Source: Candidatus Aenigmatarchaeota archaeon (lineage in GTDB: Archaea > Aenigmatarchaeota > Aenigmatarchaeia > QMZP01). From it: 39,320 nt of DNA. The notes beneath the pieces are model-generated. The model was not told the DNA's origin, did not search any database, and worked only from the letters and a program-made list of their open reading frames with translations. A program made the translations under genes and the position numbers. The first letter of the stretch is position 1. The number at the start of each line of letters is the position of its first letter. The stretch spans positions 1 to 39,320 of the forward strand of contig QMZY01000001.1 of the NCBI GenBank assembly GCA_003663415.1. Reading direction: 5' to 3'. This document shows positions 17,767 to 26,677 of this stretch, piece after piece.

Positions 17767-18750
17767 ATGGCAAAAGGTCATAAACAGGTTTCGGGTTCAA
17801 GGGGTTACTGGCCAAGAAAAAGAGCGAAAAGCATATATTCAAGATTTAAGTCTCATGTTTCGTCAGAAGAAGCTCTTCCCGTGGTTTTTGCGGGATACAA
17901 AGCAGGCATGACACAGGCGGTTGTAATCGAAAACAAAAAAGGCTCAGCAACACATGGACGAGAGGTTGTAAAGCCTGTTACGGTTATAGAATGCCCTGCT
18001 TTGGTTGTATGTGGTATAAGGCTCTATGAGCAAACAACCTCAGGGCTAAGATGCGCAAAACAGATATGGTCTCAAAAAATTTCAAAGGACCTAAAAAGAA
18101 AAACCAGAATTCCAAAAAAAACAGAAGCAAAGGCAGACAGCGTGGAAAAGGAGATAGAAAAATACTCTGATGTCAGGTTGCTTGTTCACACAAAACCAAG
18201 AGAGTCTGGTTTGGGAAAGAAAAAACCAGAGCTTTTTGAGATAGAAATAGGCAGTGAAGACGTAAGGGAGAAGTGGAATTATGCGAAAATGAAACTGGGA
18301 ACTGAAATAAAAATTACAGATTTTATTAAAGAAGGAGAATATGTTGATGTAAGGGCTGTCACAAAAGGAAAAGGTTTCCAAGGCCCTGTTAAAAGGTTTG
18401 GAATAAAAATAAGGCCAAGAAAACACGAGAAAAAGAGAAGACACACAGGCGTTTTGGGTGCAAGAAATGTTGCAAGGGTTTTGCCAGGAAAGATTCCGAT
18501 GGCAGGGCAAATGGGTTTTCACACCAGAACAGAATATAACAAGCAGGTCCTTAAAATAGGCTCTGAAGGAATAAAGCCATCAGGCGGTTGGTTGGGTTAC
18601 GGTCTTGTTAAAGGAGATTATATTGTTTTGCAGGGTTCTGTTCCTGGACCAAGAAAAAGGCTGATAATGCTGAGAAAAGGAATAAGAGCAAAGCCCCCGG
18701 AACCTGTCACAGTGAAGAAAATAATTCTTGATTCCCAGCAGGGTGTTTAA
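17767..18750 (+). CDS. rpl3: 50S ribosomal protein L3 (uL3)
   Basis: 327 aa. GSRGYWPRKRA...FAGYKAGMT...KGKGFQGPVKRFG. Confidence 0.95.
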   Translation: MAKGHKQVSGSRGYWPRKRAKSIYSRFKSHVSSEEALPVVFAGYKAGMTQAVVIENKKGSATHGREVVKPVTVIECPALVVCGIRLYEQTTSGLRCAKQIWSQKISKDLKRKTRIPKKTEAKADSVEKEIEKYSDVRLLVHTKPRESGLGKKKPELFEIEIGSEDVREKWNYAKMKLGTEIKITDFIKEGEYVDVRAVTKGKGFQGPVKRFGIKIRPRKHEKKRRHTGVLGARNVARVLPGKIPMAGQMGFHTRTEYNKQVLKIGSEGIKPSGGWLGYGLVKGDYIVLQGSVPGPRKRLIMLRKGIRAKPPEPVTVKKIILDSQQGV

Positions 18751-18800
18751 ATATTCGCAAAACGAATAAAGAATTTTTAAGCTCTATAAACTTTCTGAAG

Positions 18801-19139
18801 TCAGCCCACATAGCTTGGTGAAACCACTGCTTCAATTTTTTTGCTTTTTTTATGTTTCGGAACCTTTATTTTTCCAAATGTTTTTTCATATTTCTCCAAG
18901 TTTGCCTTTAAAATTTCCAAGAAACTTTTTGCAAGCACAGGCGACATAATAACCACGTTATGTTTTACCACGAATGTTTGCTGTCCGTTCTGTCCTGTTG
19001 AAGGATTAAATCTTGGCGTTGTTTGCCTGAAGTCAATGGCTATCTGGTTTGGTATGTGTGTTATGGTTATGAAATCAGTCCAGAAAGCGTCTCTTGAATT
19101 ATCAACCTCTATTTTAGAACCCCTGTGGCTCATATACAA
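18801..19139 (-). CDS. DUF3467-like protein
   Basis: 112 aa. The pattern FWTDFITITHIPNQIAIDFRQ...VKHNVVIMSPVLAKSFLEILKANLEKYEKTFGKI matches my recollection of the DUF3467 family core. Confidence 0.55.
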   Translation of the reverse strand: MYMSHRGSKIEVDNSRDAFWTDFITITHIPNQIAIDFRQTTPRFNPSTGQNGQQTFVVKHNVVIMSPVLAKSFLEILKANLEKYEKTFGKIKVPKHKKSKKIEAVVSPSYVG

Positions 19140-19160
19140 ACACCTCCTAATTATTACTTA

Positions 19161-19367
19161 TTATTCCATATTCAAATACGTATTTATAATTTCTCTTGCT
19201 AACTCTTCCCTTTCTCTGCCAGAAAGCTTGCCTCTTTTCAAACCATTCTTTATCTTTCTCAACAAGGATTTGTATATATTGGGATTATTTAACAAAACAC
19301 CCAGAGCATTAGAACTGCTCAAATCATCAACAGGATAGTTTCCAGACAGGTTTTTGTATTCTTTCAT
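19161..19367 (-). CDS. Hypothetical 68-aa protein
   Basis: ORF only. Basic helical C-terminus (LRKIKNGLKRGKLSGREREELAREIINTY). No family recognised. Confidence 0.35.
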   Translation of the reverse strand: MKEYKNLSGNYPVDDLSSSNALGVLLNNPNIYKSLLRKIKNGLKRGKLSGREREELAREIINTYLNME

Positions 19368-19430
19368 TTTATTGCCGCAAAACCGGGAAACAGTGAAAAC
19401 TAATTAAAACAATACTATTTAAATTTTATT

Positions 19431-20516
19431 ATGGAAAGAACAGGTTTTTCAGACCTGCCTCTGCATTACGGCAAAGCACCGAGCTGGTTGTTTCAAAGAA
19501 TGGTAAAACTCAGCAAAAACATAACGCAAGCAATTGTTTTTGAGTACGGAGAAAAGGAATTTTTAAAAAGATTGTCAAACCCTTTCTGGTTTCAGGCATT
19601 TGGTTGCGTTCTTGGTTTTGATTGGCACTCCTCTGGTTTAACAACAACAGTTACTGGCGCTCTGAAAGAGGCTTTAAGTCCTGAAACAGGCATTTGCGTG
19701 GCAGGCGGAAAAGGAAAGGCATCAAGAACAACGCTCTTTCAGATAGAAAAAGCAGCAGAAACCGTTTCTCTTTCTGAAAACAAACTAAAGAAACTAAAAC
19801 ATGCCAGCAGGATGTCTGCAAAAATAGACAACACCTGCGTGCAGGACGGTTATAAGCTTTACCACCATGTTATTTTTTTCACAGAAAAAGGGGAATGGTG
19901 TGTTGTTCAGCAGGGATTAAACCCGGAAGAAAGATACGCGAGAAGATACCACTGGTTCTCAGAAAACATGAACTCTTGGGTAAACGAGCCCCACACAGGA
20001 ATAGTATGCGATAAAAAAGGGAAAAGGGTTTTAGACCTAACAGCCAAAGAAAGCAAAGACACAAGAAAAACCTCTGTGGATTTGGTGAAGGAAAAACCAG
20101 AAAAGCTTTTGACTTTGCTTTCTTTTCAGACCACGCTTGATTTTCCTTTTTTAAAACTGCCAAAAACACACGAAATCAGGGAAATGAGAAAAATAAACAT
20201 TGAAACCCTTAGAAAAGCTTACGAGTTTCAGCCAGAAAACTATGAAGAGCTTGTTTCCTTAAAGGGCATTGGACCAAAAACAATAAGGGCATTGGCTTTG
20301 ATATCAGAGCTTGTTTACGGTGATGCACCAAGCTGGAAGGACCCGGCAAAATTTTCTTTCTCTCATGGAGGCAAAGACAGGATTCCATACCCTGTTGATA
20401 AAGAAACATATGACAAGTCCATAGAAATCCTTGAAACAGGAATACAGGAAGCAAAAATCAGGAGCAGAGAAAGACTACAGGCGTTAAAAAGGCTTAAAGA
20501 CTTTCTTAAATTTTAA
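19431..20516 (+). CDS. DUF763-family protein with helix-hairpin-helix
   Basis: 361 aa. N-terminal LPLHYGKAPSWLFQRM...FWFQAFGCVLGFDWHSSGLTTTVTGALKEAL, typical of archaeal DUF763. HhH motif LVSLKGIGPKTIRALAL. Confidence 0.7.
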   Translation: MERTGFSDLPLHYGKAPSWLFQRMVKLSKNITQAIVFEYGEKEFLKRLSNPFWFQAFGCVLGFDWHSSGLTTTVTGALKEALSPETGICVAGGKGKASRTTLFQIEKAAETVSLSENKLKKLKHASRMSAKIDNTCVQDGYKLYHHVIFFTEKGEWCVVQQGLNPEERYARRYHWFSENMNSWVNEPHTGIVCDKKGKRVLDLTAKESKDTRKTSVDLVKEKPEKLLTLLSFQTTLDFPFLKLPKTHEIREMRKINIETLRKAYEFQPENYEELVSLKGIGPKTIRALALISELVYGDAPSWKDPAKFSFSHGGKDRIPYPVDKETYDKSIEILETGIQEAKIRSRERLQALKRLKDFLKF

Positions 20517-20758
20517 TAACCTTCCCATACTATTGTATCCAGAAAAAACACACTAAGAACCACCCATATAAACAACAACACAAACAAACCAATGCTGATT
20601 TCTAAACCCCATTTCTGCGCAAGAGAATAATAAATAAGAATTAGCAGAGAAACAATAACAACAATCACAATTGTTATAATAACTGCTTTCTCTCTTCTCC
20701 CATGATATTTTTCCCATAAATCTTTAATTCTTTCCTCTTTTGTCCATTTTTTTGCCAT
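20513..20758 (-). CDS. Small two-TM membrane protein, hypothetical
   Basis: 81 aa with a charged N-terminus followed by two hydrophobic helices. Confidence 0.4.
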   Translation of the reverse strand: MAKKWTKEERIKDLWEKYHGRREKAVIITIVIVVIVSLLILIYYSLAQKWGLEISIGLFVLLFIWVVLSVFFLDTIVWEGY

Positions 20759-20797
20759 AATAGATTTTTGATTGAAAAATTAATAAACTATCTTTTT

Positions 20798-21000
20798 TGG
20801 AAACCCTTGCCTTAAGCGCTCTGATTCGCTTCTTTCTGCGAGGGCCTTCCGCGCGGCGTTTTATGCAGCCTTTTGGGCGGGAGCTGTTTGCATGTGGTCT
20901 AATGTTTCTTGCTTTCCAGAACTATAGTTCCTGACACAATAAACTGCAAAGCGTCAGAAACAATCAGCAGGCAACACTTCTAATTAATACGCCGTTTGCT
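20798..21000. ncRNA. Candidate structured RNA of unknown class (GC-rich intergenic island)
   Basis: No ORF. By my count 20801-20900 has 56 of 100 G+C, within visibly AT-rich flanks. Nested complementary segments: 20903-09/20956-62, 20911-15/20948-52, hairpin 20917-33, 20814-18/20827-31, 20863-69/20883-93, and long-range 20854-59/20989-94. Strand undetermined. Confidence 0.3.
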
Positions 21001-21059
21001 ATAAATTCGCAGAACGTCGTAAAATTATATTTAAATACAAAAAGAAATATAATATTATT

Positions 21060-21512
21060 ATGGAAGATGAATATGAAATAATTCCCACTTCACCGCTTAG
21101 AAGGCTTGAAAAAAGAATAGCAGAATTGGAATCTTCTTCTTCGTCTTCTGAGATGCAAAAACTAACAGAGGAAATAATAGAACTTATAAAATCAAACCAG
21201 AGAATAATAGATGACATAGTTAAGTCAGACGCAGAACTTAGGAATGAGATTTCAAAGATTCCCGGAAAAATTGATGAATTGATAGGAAACATGAATGAAT
21301 TTATGGAGTTGTTGAAAACATCAGCAACAGAAGAAACAGTTACAGACATATCCAAAGACGTTATGCAACCGCTTGTTAACAAAATGGACGAGCTTATTCA
21401 ACAAAACAAAAAAAGCATAGAAGTAAATCAGGCAGCTTTAACAACTTTGGGCATTCTTGATAAAAGATTGAAAAGACTATATTTACAGTTTGCAAATATA
21501 TATAGGAGGTAA
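21060..21512 (+). CDS. Hypothetical coiled-coil protein, first gene of the pilus locus
   Basis: 150 aa, acidic and helical with heptad-like regions and no TM. It ends 2 nt before the pilin gene. Confidence 0.45.
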   Translation: MEDEYEIIPTSPLRRLEKRIAELESSSSSSEMQKLTEEIIELIKSNQRIIDDIVKSDAELRNEISKIPGKIDELIGNMNEFMELLKTSATEETVTDISKDVMQPLVNKMDELIQQNKKSIEVNQAALTTLGILDKRLKRLYLQFANIYRR

Positions 21513-21514
21513 AA

Positions 21515-21928
21515 ATGAGAAAGGGAATAACCCCGATAATTGCAATAATAATCTTGCTGTTGATAACAGTATCTCTGGCAGGACTAGCATGGACATATCT
21601 TTCAGGAATCTTGACAGGAAGAACAGAAGGAAGCTTTATAATACCAACGAACGGGATACTCTGCGATGAAGATGCAAGTGGTACGCATATAAGAGTTCTG
21701 ATTCAGAACACAGGAGTTTCTAAAAACCTAAGAGCCAGTGACTTTATCATTGCAGAGGTTGACGGAGCAGATGTAAGCGGCGACCTTAACGGCACAATTA
21801 GTATTAAACCAAAAGAGTCAAAGTTTATACTTGACACGCATTGCGGAGGTTCGTGTGGTTCAGGTGTTAAAAAAGTCAGATTAGGAACAACAGCAACAAT
21901 AGTTGAAAACTACGTGACCTGTCCTTAA
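21515..21928 (+). CDS. Archaeal type IV pilin-like protein (class III signal peptide)
   Basis: 137 aa. MRKGITPIIAIIILLLITVSLAG is the archaeal prepilin/archaellin-type N-terminus (basic-G then hydrophobic helix). Four Cys in the C-terminal domain. Confidence 0.7.
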   Translation: MRKGITPIIAIIILLLITVSLAGLAWTYLSGILTGRTEGSFIIPTNGILCDEDASGTHIRVLIQNTGVSKNLRASDFIIAEVDGADVSGDLNGTISIKPKESKFILDTHCGGSCGSGVKKVRLGTTATIVENYVTCP

Positions 21929-21940
21929 TGAAGAAAAATT

Positions 21941-22561
21941 ATGAAGTTAAAACTCCAAACACAGATAATATCTGTAGTTTTGATAGCGGGCATAGCAGTA
22001 AGTCTTGTTGGCAGCGCTTATCTCTGGGGCAAACCTTTGATAGAGAAAAGAGCAACTATTTCAGAGTATCTTAAAGCAGAGAACTTCATTCTGGAACTGG
22101 ATAAAAAAATCACAGAAATTTCAAACACAGGTTCAGGAGAAGCTTCAATAGATATACCAACAGGTTCTTTGAAGCTGATAAATTATCAAGCAAACGACCC
22201 AAAAAACAACACCCTTATCCTTCAGTTTCTTGTTGACCAACCAATGCTGCTTGGCGAAGCGGTTCCCATAAAAACATCAAGCCTTGGAGAAATCGGTATT
22301 TATGGGGAATCAGAGCCAAGGATTATCTTCCTCAACTCAACAGGGCGAGGAGAAAAATATTTGCTGTCTTTGGAACTGCATTACAGGGAATTAGATACAC
22401 AAACAACGCCTTCAAAAGGATACAAGATTGTTCTTGACGGTTATAATTCGATGGGGAAAGAAAAAGTAATGATTTCTTTTGATAAAAATGAAGTTGTTCC
22501 GGGAGGAGCAGCAAACGGAGGAGACCTTGTATTAACCCATATAAGAATAAATTTGTATTAA
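21941..22561 (+). CDS. Pilin-like protein (N-terminal hydrophobic helix)
   Basis: 206 aa. MKLKLQTQIISVVLIAGIAVSLVGSAYLWG: short basic leader plus a single N-terminal helix. Sits in the pilus operon. Confidence 0.5.
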   Translation: MKLKLQTQIISVVLIAGIAVSLVGSAYLWGKPLIEKRATISEYLKAENFILELDKKITEISNTGSGEASIDIPTGSLKLINYQANDPKNNTLILQFLVDQPMLLGEAVPIKTSSLGEIGIYGESEPRIIFLNSTGRGEKYLLSLELHYRELDTQTTPSKGYKIVLDGYNSMGKEKVMISFDKNEVVPGGAANGGDLVLTHIRINLY

Positions 22562-22568
22562 TTTTAAT

Positions 22569-22985
22569 ATGCCAAAAAAATCCCAAACAATGATTTTTGA
22601 ATATGTTCTTCTTTTCACTATCAGTATTGCAATATTTATAACATCCTTTGCTGTTTTTAACAGTTATCAATCTTATTTTTCTTCTGTTGTATTTAATGAC
22701 CAGTTAAACGGCATAAAAGATTACATTTCCTCAAACCTTCTGAAAATTTCTTTGATTCCCGAAAATACAACAATGATACTACAGATACCAAAAAGAGCCG
22801 GCAATGAATTTTATGCTCTTAACCTTACAAACACCGGACTAAACATAACAGCAGAACCGAGTAACAGGTTTGTTTTCTCAGAACTTTTTTACCTTAATGC
22901 CAGTTTTAATTTTTCCGGTTTTATTGAACCGGGAAGAGAAAGCATTATAATTTCTAAGAAAGGAAACAACATCTTTGTTTCATAA
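22569..22985 (+). CDS. Pilin-like protein (class III signal peptide-like)
   Basis: 138 aa. MPKKSQTMIFEYVLLFTISIAIFI resembles the Q-x-x-hydrophobic-E-Y/F-hydrophobic class III signal pattern. Confidence 0.55.
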   Translation: MPKKSQTMIFEYVLLFTISIAIFITSFAVFNSYQSYFSSVVFNDQLNGIKDYISSNLLKISLIPENTTMILQIPKRAGNEFYALNLTNTGLNITAEPSNRFVFSELFYLNASFNFSGFIEPGRESIIISKKGNNIFVS

Positions 22986-23037
22986 TTGTATATATAAGAA
23001 AAACAAACAATAATTTATTAAAGATAAAGGAGCAAAT

Positions 23038-24846
23038 ATGAGGATAAAGGTTATCAAAAAGGCAACAAAAAAACTGCCGAAAAAAAACGTATTAATGGTT
23101 GCTTCCATAGTAAAAAAATTAAGAAGGGGCTATATCGCCAGTAAAAAAAAACAGGAAATGGAAAAGGGCATCGGAATACCCGGACAGTTTTTTTATCAAC
23201 CAAAAATTTATACAAAATATGAAAAAATAATTTCAGAAGGAGAAAAAGAGAGCGAAAAAACAGAAAAAGCAAAAAAAATTGAAGGTGTTGAGATACCGAC
23301 AAAAATCAAACCACTTGGTTTCACGCCTGTTGTTTCTGAAGAAAAATTTGAATTGCAGAATATCCGTATCACTTATAATCTCATACCAAGGTTTCCGAAA
23401 AAAGGAGAGAAAATATTTGCTTATGCGTATATATACTGGGATAGAAATCAGAAAGAGCTTGTTTATAAGGTTATAGAGCCCAGCATAACACCTTCAGACA
23501 CAGAATTAATTGAAAACATAAAAAGAGAGCTTGAGGAAAGGCTTGATGTGGATTTTGTGAAAATAGGAGAGATAAAGGCAAAAGAGATACTCAGGCAAGA
23601 AATACAAAACATTCTTTACACCATTCAAGAAGTCCAATTTGACGATGAAAAAAAATCTGTTCTAACTTATTATATTGAGAAAGACATTTTAGGTCTGGGC
23701 AAAATTCAGCCGCTTATGGAAGACCCGAACATAGAGGATATTTCTTGTGACGGTGTTGGAATACCTGTTTATATTTATCACAGAGACCCAAGGATAGGTT
23801 CTATTAAAACAAATATAGTTTTTTCTACCAAAGATGAGCTTGATAGTTTTGTAATAAGGCTTGCACAAAAATGCAGGAAAACAATATCCATTGCAGAACC
23901 ACTGCTTGATGCCTCGCTTCCTGACGGTTCAAGGGTTCAGGCAACGCTCGGAACAGACATTGCAAGGAAAGGCTCCAATTTCACCATAAGGAAATTTACT
24001 GAACAGCCTTTAACACCAACACATATGTTAAGGTTCGGAACATTAAATTCAACGCAACTCGCATATTTATGGTTGGCCGTGGAGAACGGGCAGTCAGTGC
24101 TCATCTCAGGCGGAACAGCAACAGGTAAAACCTCTCTTTTAAATGCTCTATCGCTTTTCATTAAACCAAGTTTAAAAATAGTAAGCATAGAAGACACGCC
24201 GGAACTAAGACTTCCTCATCCTCACTGGGTTCCTGAGGTTGCGAGAAGCCCGTTATCAATAGAAGGCAGAAAAGGCGAGGTTAGTCTGTTTGATCTTTTG
24301 AAATCATCATTAAGGCAAAGACCAGATTATATAATAATGGGTGAGGTCAGGGGCAAGGAAGCTTTTGTTTTATTCCAGCAAATGGCAACAGGACACCCGT
24401 CCATCGCTACAATTCATGCAGCGTCAATATCCCAGTTAATAGACAGGCTCACAACACCACCCATCTCTTTACCCCCCACCCTGTTAGAAAACATAAACAT
24501 TATAGTTTTTCTCACGCTTGCAAGAATAAGAGAAAATTATGTCAGAAGGGCTGATAATATTTTAGAAATAGCAGGCGTGAAAGATGGAAACCCGGTTACA
24601 AACAGCGTATTTGAATGGGTTCCTGTTTCAGACAGTTTTGAAATTAAAGGAAAATCTTTGGTGTTGAAAAACATAGCAAAAAAATTAGGCGTAACAGAAG
24701 CGACAATACAGGAGGAACTGCTCAGGAGAAAGCAAATTCTTGAGTGGATGTTAGAGCAGGAAATATTTGATTATAAAGAAGTTGCAAAAATAATCACATC
24801 ATATTATTCAAATCCAGACACTGTTCTTGAATCGATTATGGAATGA
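23038..24846 (+). CDS. Type IV pilus/archaellum assembly ATPase (FlaI/ArlI-PilB-VirB11 superfamily)
   Basis: 602 aa. Walker A SGGTATGKTSLLNAL, Walker B/Asp box PDYIIMGEVRGKEA, His box ATIHA. Lys-rich N-terminal extension. Confidence 0.9.
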   Translation: MRIKVIKKATKKLPKKNVLMVASIVKKLRRGYIASKKKQEMEKGIGIPGQFFYQPKIYTKYEKIISEGEKESEKTEKAKKIEGVEIPTKIKPLGFTPVVSEEKFELQNIRITYNLIPRFPKKGEKIFAYAYIYWDRNQKELVYKVIEPSITPSDTELIENIKRELEERLDVDFVKIGEIKAKEILRQEIQNILYTIQEVQFDDEKKSVLTYYIEKDILGLGKIQPLMEDPNIEDISCDGVGIPVYIYHRDPRIGSIKTNIVFSTKDELDSFVIRLAQKCRKTISIAEPLLDASLPDGSRVQATLGTDIARKGSNFTIRKFTEQPLTPTHMLRFGTLNSTQLAYLWLAVENGQSVLISGGTATGKTSLLNALSLFIKPSLKIVSIEDTPELRLPHPHWVPEVARSPLSIEGRKGEVSLFDLLKSSLRQRPDYIIMGEVRGKEAFVLFQQMATGHPSIATIHAASISQLIDRLTTPPISLPPTLLENINIIVFLTLARIRENYVRRADNILEIAGVKDGNPVTNSVFEWVPVSDSFEIKGKSLVLKNIAKKLGVTEATIQEELLRRKQILEWMLEQEIFDYKEVAKIITSYYSNPDTVLESIME

Positions 24847-25742
24847 TTATGTTGAAAGACCTCCCTTTCAAAGGATTTGCAGTAAAACTTTTCGGGCCAA
24901 TGTTAAATCCCTATCTTGGTTATTTTGAAAACCTTAAAATTAATATGAGAAAAGCGGGCATGAAACACAGGCTTCAAGATTATTTATCAACAATAGTCTT
25001 TTACTCCTTTCTTACGTTTCTTGTAAGCCTTATTCTAACTTCTGTGTTTGTTTCCTTTTACGTGGGTTTGTATTCCAGAACCATGTCACTAACTGACGTT
25101 GTTTATTCTTACACGCTTGCAATAATCTTGTCTTTTATTTTTTCTGGTATTGTTTTCTTTATCGGATATACCTACCCAGTGTTAAAAGCAAAAACGCTAA
25201 AAATAATGATAGAGCGCTCTCTTCCATTTGCTGTATTTTATATGGCAACTTCAGCTTCTTCTGGTGTTATGCCTGTTGAAATATTTAAAATGCTCTCTGT
25301 TAGAGGCGGCGTGATAGGAAAGGAGGCGGGAAGGATTTACAGCGATGTTACGACACTCGGCATGAATTTATCTGACGCTCTTCAAAGAGCAGCTTTAAGG
25401 TCTCCGTCACCGCTTTTTTCTGATCTCTTATGGGGCATGGTTTCAACAATTACAACAGGCGGTGATATGCAGGAATATCTTTCAAGCAAAACAAGAACAT
25501 TTATGAACCATTACAGACTGGCTTTGGAAGAATATGCAAAACAAATCTCCCTTTATACTGAAATCTATATCACACTTATAATTGTTGGCAGCTTGTTTTT
25601 CATTGTTCTCATTTCTATCATAGCGCCCATGACAGGCGGAAGTGCCACGCTTTTGATACAAACATTTCTTGTGTTCTTTTTCATACCGCTTGTTTCAACA
25701 GGGTTTATATTCCTATTAAAAGCAATTTCACCAACTGAATAA
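24843..25742 (+). CDS. Type II secretion system F-domain membrane protein (FlaJ/TadB-C-like, single domain)
   Basis: 299 aa. One T2SF-type soluble domain (LPFAVFYMATSASSGVMPVEIF...GMNLSDALQRAALRSPS...LWGMVSTITTGGDM) flanked by TM helices. Overlaps the ATPase stop. Confidence 0.8.
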   Translation: MIMLKDLPFKGFAVKLFGPMLNPYLGYFENLKINMRKAGMKHRLQDYLSTIVFYSFLTFLVSLILTSVFVSFYVGLYSRTMSLTDVVYSYTLAIILSFIFSGIVFFIGYTYPVLKAKTLKIMIERSLPFAVFYMATSASSGVMPVEIFKMLSVRGGVIGKEAGRIYSDVTTLGMNLSDALQRAALRSPSPLFSDLLWGMVSTITTGGDMQEYLSSKTRTFMNHYRLALEEYAKQISLYTEIYITLIIVGSLFFIVLISIIAPMTGGSATLLIQTFLVFFFIPLVSTGFIFLLKAISPTE

Positions 25743-25744
25743 AT

Positions 25745-26677
25745 ATGGAAAACAAAACAGAAAAAAGAAAAAAAACAACGCTGCTCCCGGCTGGAGTAAG
25801 CATTTTTCTGATTATTTTAGGCCTTATTTTAGGCGATGTCGCTGTTTTGGGGAACCTTGTTATAATTTCTGTCCTCATTTCTATTATTCCGTATTTTCTT
25901 TATAAGTATTCAAAATTTATGTGGCTCAAGGGGATAGAAGAGCAGTTTCCAAACTTTGTAAGAGACCTTGCTGATTCTGCCAGATCCGGAATGTCGTTTT
26001 CAGAAGCTGTTTCAATAGCTTCAAAAGCAAATTACGGGAAGCTTAGTATTGAAGTGGAAAAAATGAAAAACAGGCTTTCCTGGGGAACGCCGTTTCTAAG
26101 GGTTTTGGATATTTTTGGAGAAAAAGTAAAGGATTCAAAAATTATTACAGAAGCCCTTAAAATAATAAAACAATCTTATGAGTCTGGCGGCAATATCGCA
26201 TCAACACTGGATGCTGTTGCAAAAGACATGCTGATGTTAAAAGAGGCTGAAACAGAAAGGCAGTCCCTTGTAAAACAACATGTTTTTATTATGTACGGCC
26301 TGTTCTTTGTATTTCTTGGCATTTCTGTAATGATAATATACGTTATGGTTCCAATGATACAGTCCCAATCATCAATCGAAGCCACGGGCGGCGGTTTGGG
26401 ATTTTCTTTCTCAAACCCCTGTCAAGGCAGTAATATGTTTCCGTGCGATTTCTTCTCAGGCATCTGCTCATTGCTTGCAATTCCTGAAGGCATAGGATGT
26501 TATTATGTTGCATTGTTTTTTTCAGTTGTAGTAATTCAGGGACTTTTCACAGGCCTTATAGCAGGACAGCTTGGCGAAAATTCTGCAATAGCGGGGACAA
26601 AGCACTCCATTATAATGGTTTTTGCTGCCATTGGCATATTTCTTTTCCTTTCAAAAACAGGATTTTTCCCAACATAG
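25745..26677 (+). CDS. Type II secretion system F-domain membrane protein (FlaJ/TadB-C-like, single domain)
   Basis: 310 aa. FPNFVRDLADSARSGMSFSEAV...IIKQSYESGGNIASTLDAVAKDM followed by TM helices. Confidence 0.8.
   Translation: MENKTEKRKKTTLLPAGVSIFLIILGLILGDVAVLGNLVIISVLISIIPYFLYKYSKFMWLKGIEEQFPNFVRDLADSARSGMSFSEAVSIASKANYGKLSIEVEKMKNRLSWGTPFLRVLDIFGEKVKDSKIITEALKIIKQSYESGGNIASTLDAVAKDMLMLKEAETERQSLVKQHVFIMYGLFFVFLGISVMIIYVMVPMIQSQSSIEATGGGLGFSFSNPCQGSNMFPCDFFSGICSLLAIPEGIGCYYVALFFSVVVIQGLFTGLIAGQLGENSAIAGTKHSIIMVFAAIGIFLFLSKTGFFPT

Noticed and set aside
20798-21000. Assigning the GC-rich island to SRP RNA, RNase P RNA, 5S rRNA, a tRNA or a C/D box sRNA.
   Set aside because: The only GGAAGG segment (minus strand) cannot form the GNAR-tetraloop helix 8 with its AGCA loop. 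There is no GAGGAAAGUCC or ACAGAA-type P4 element, no T-loop or acceptor pairing, and no RUGAUGA box. The class is left open.
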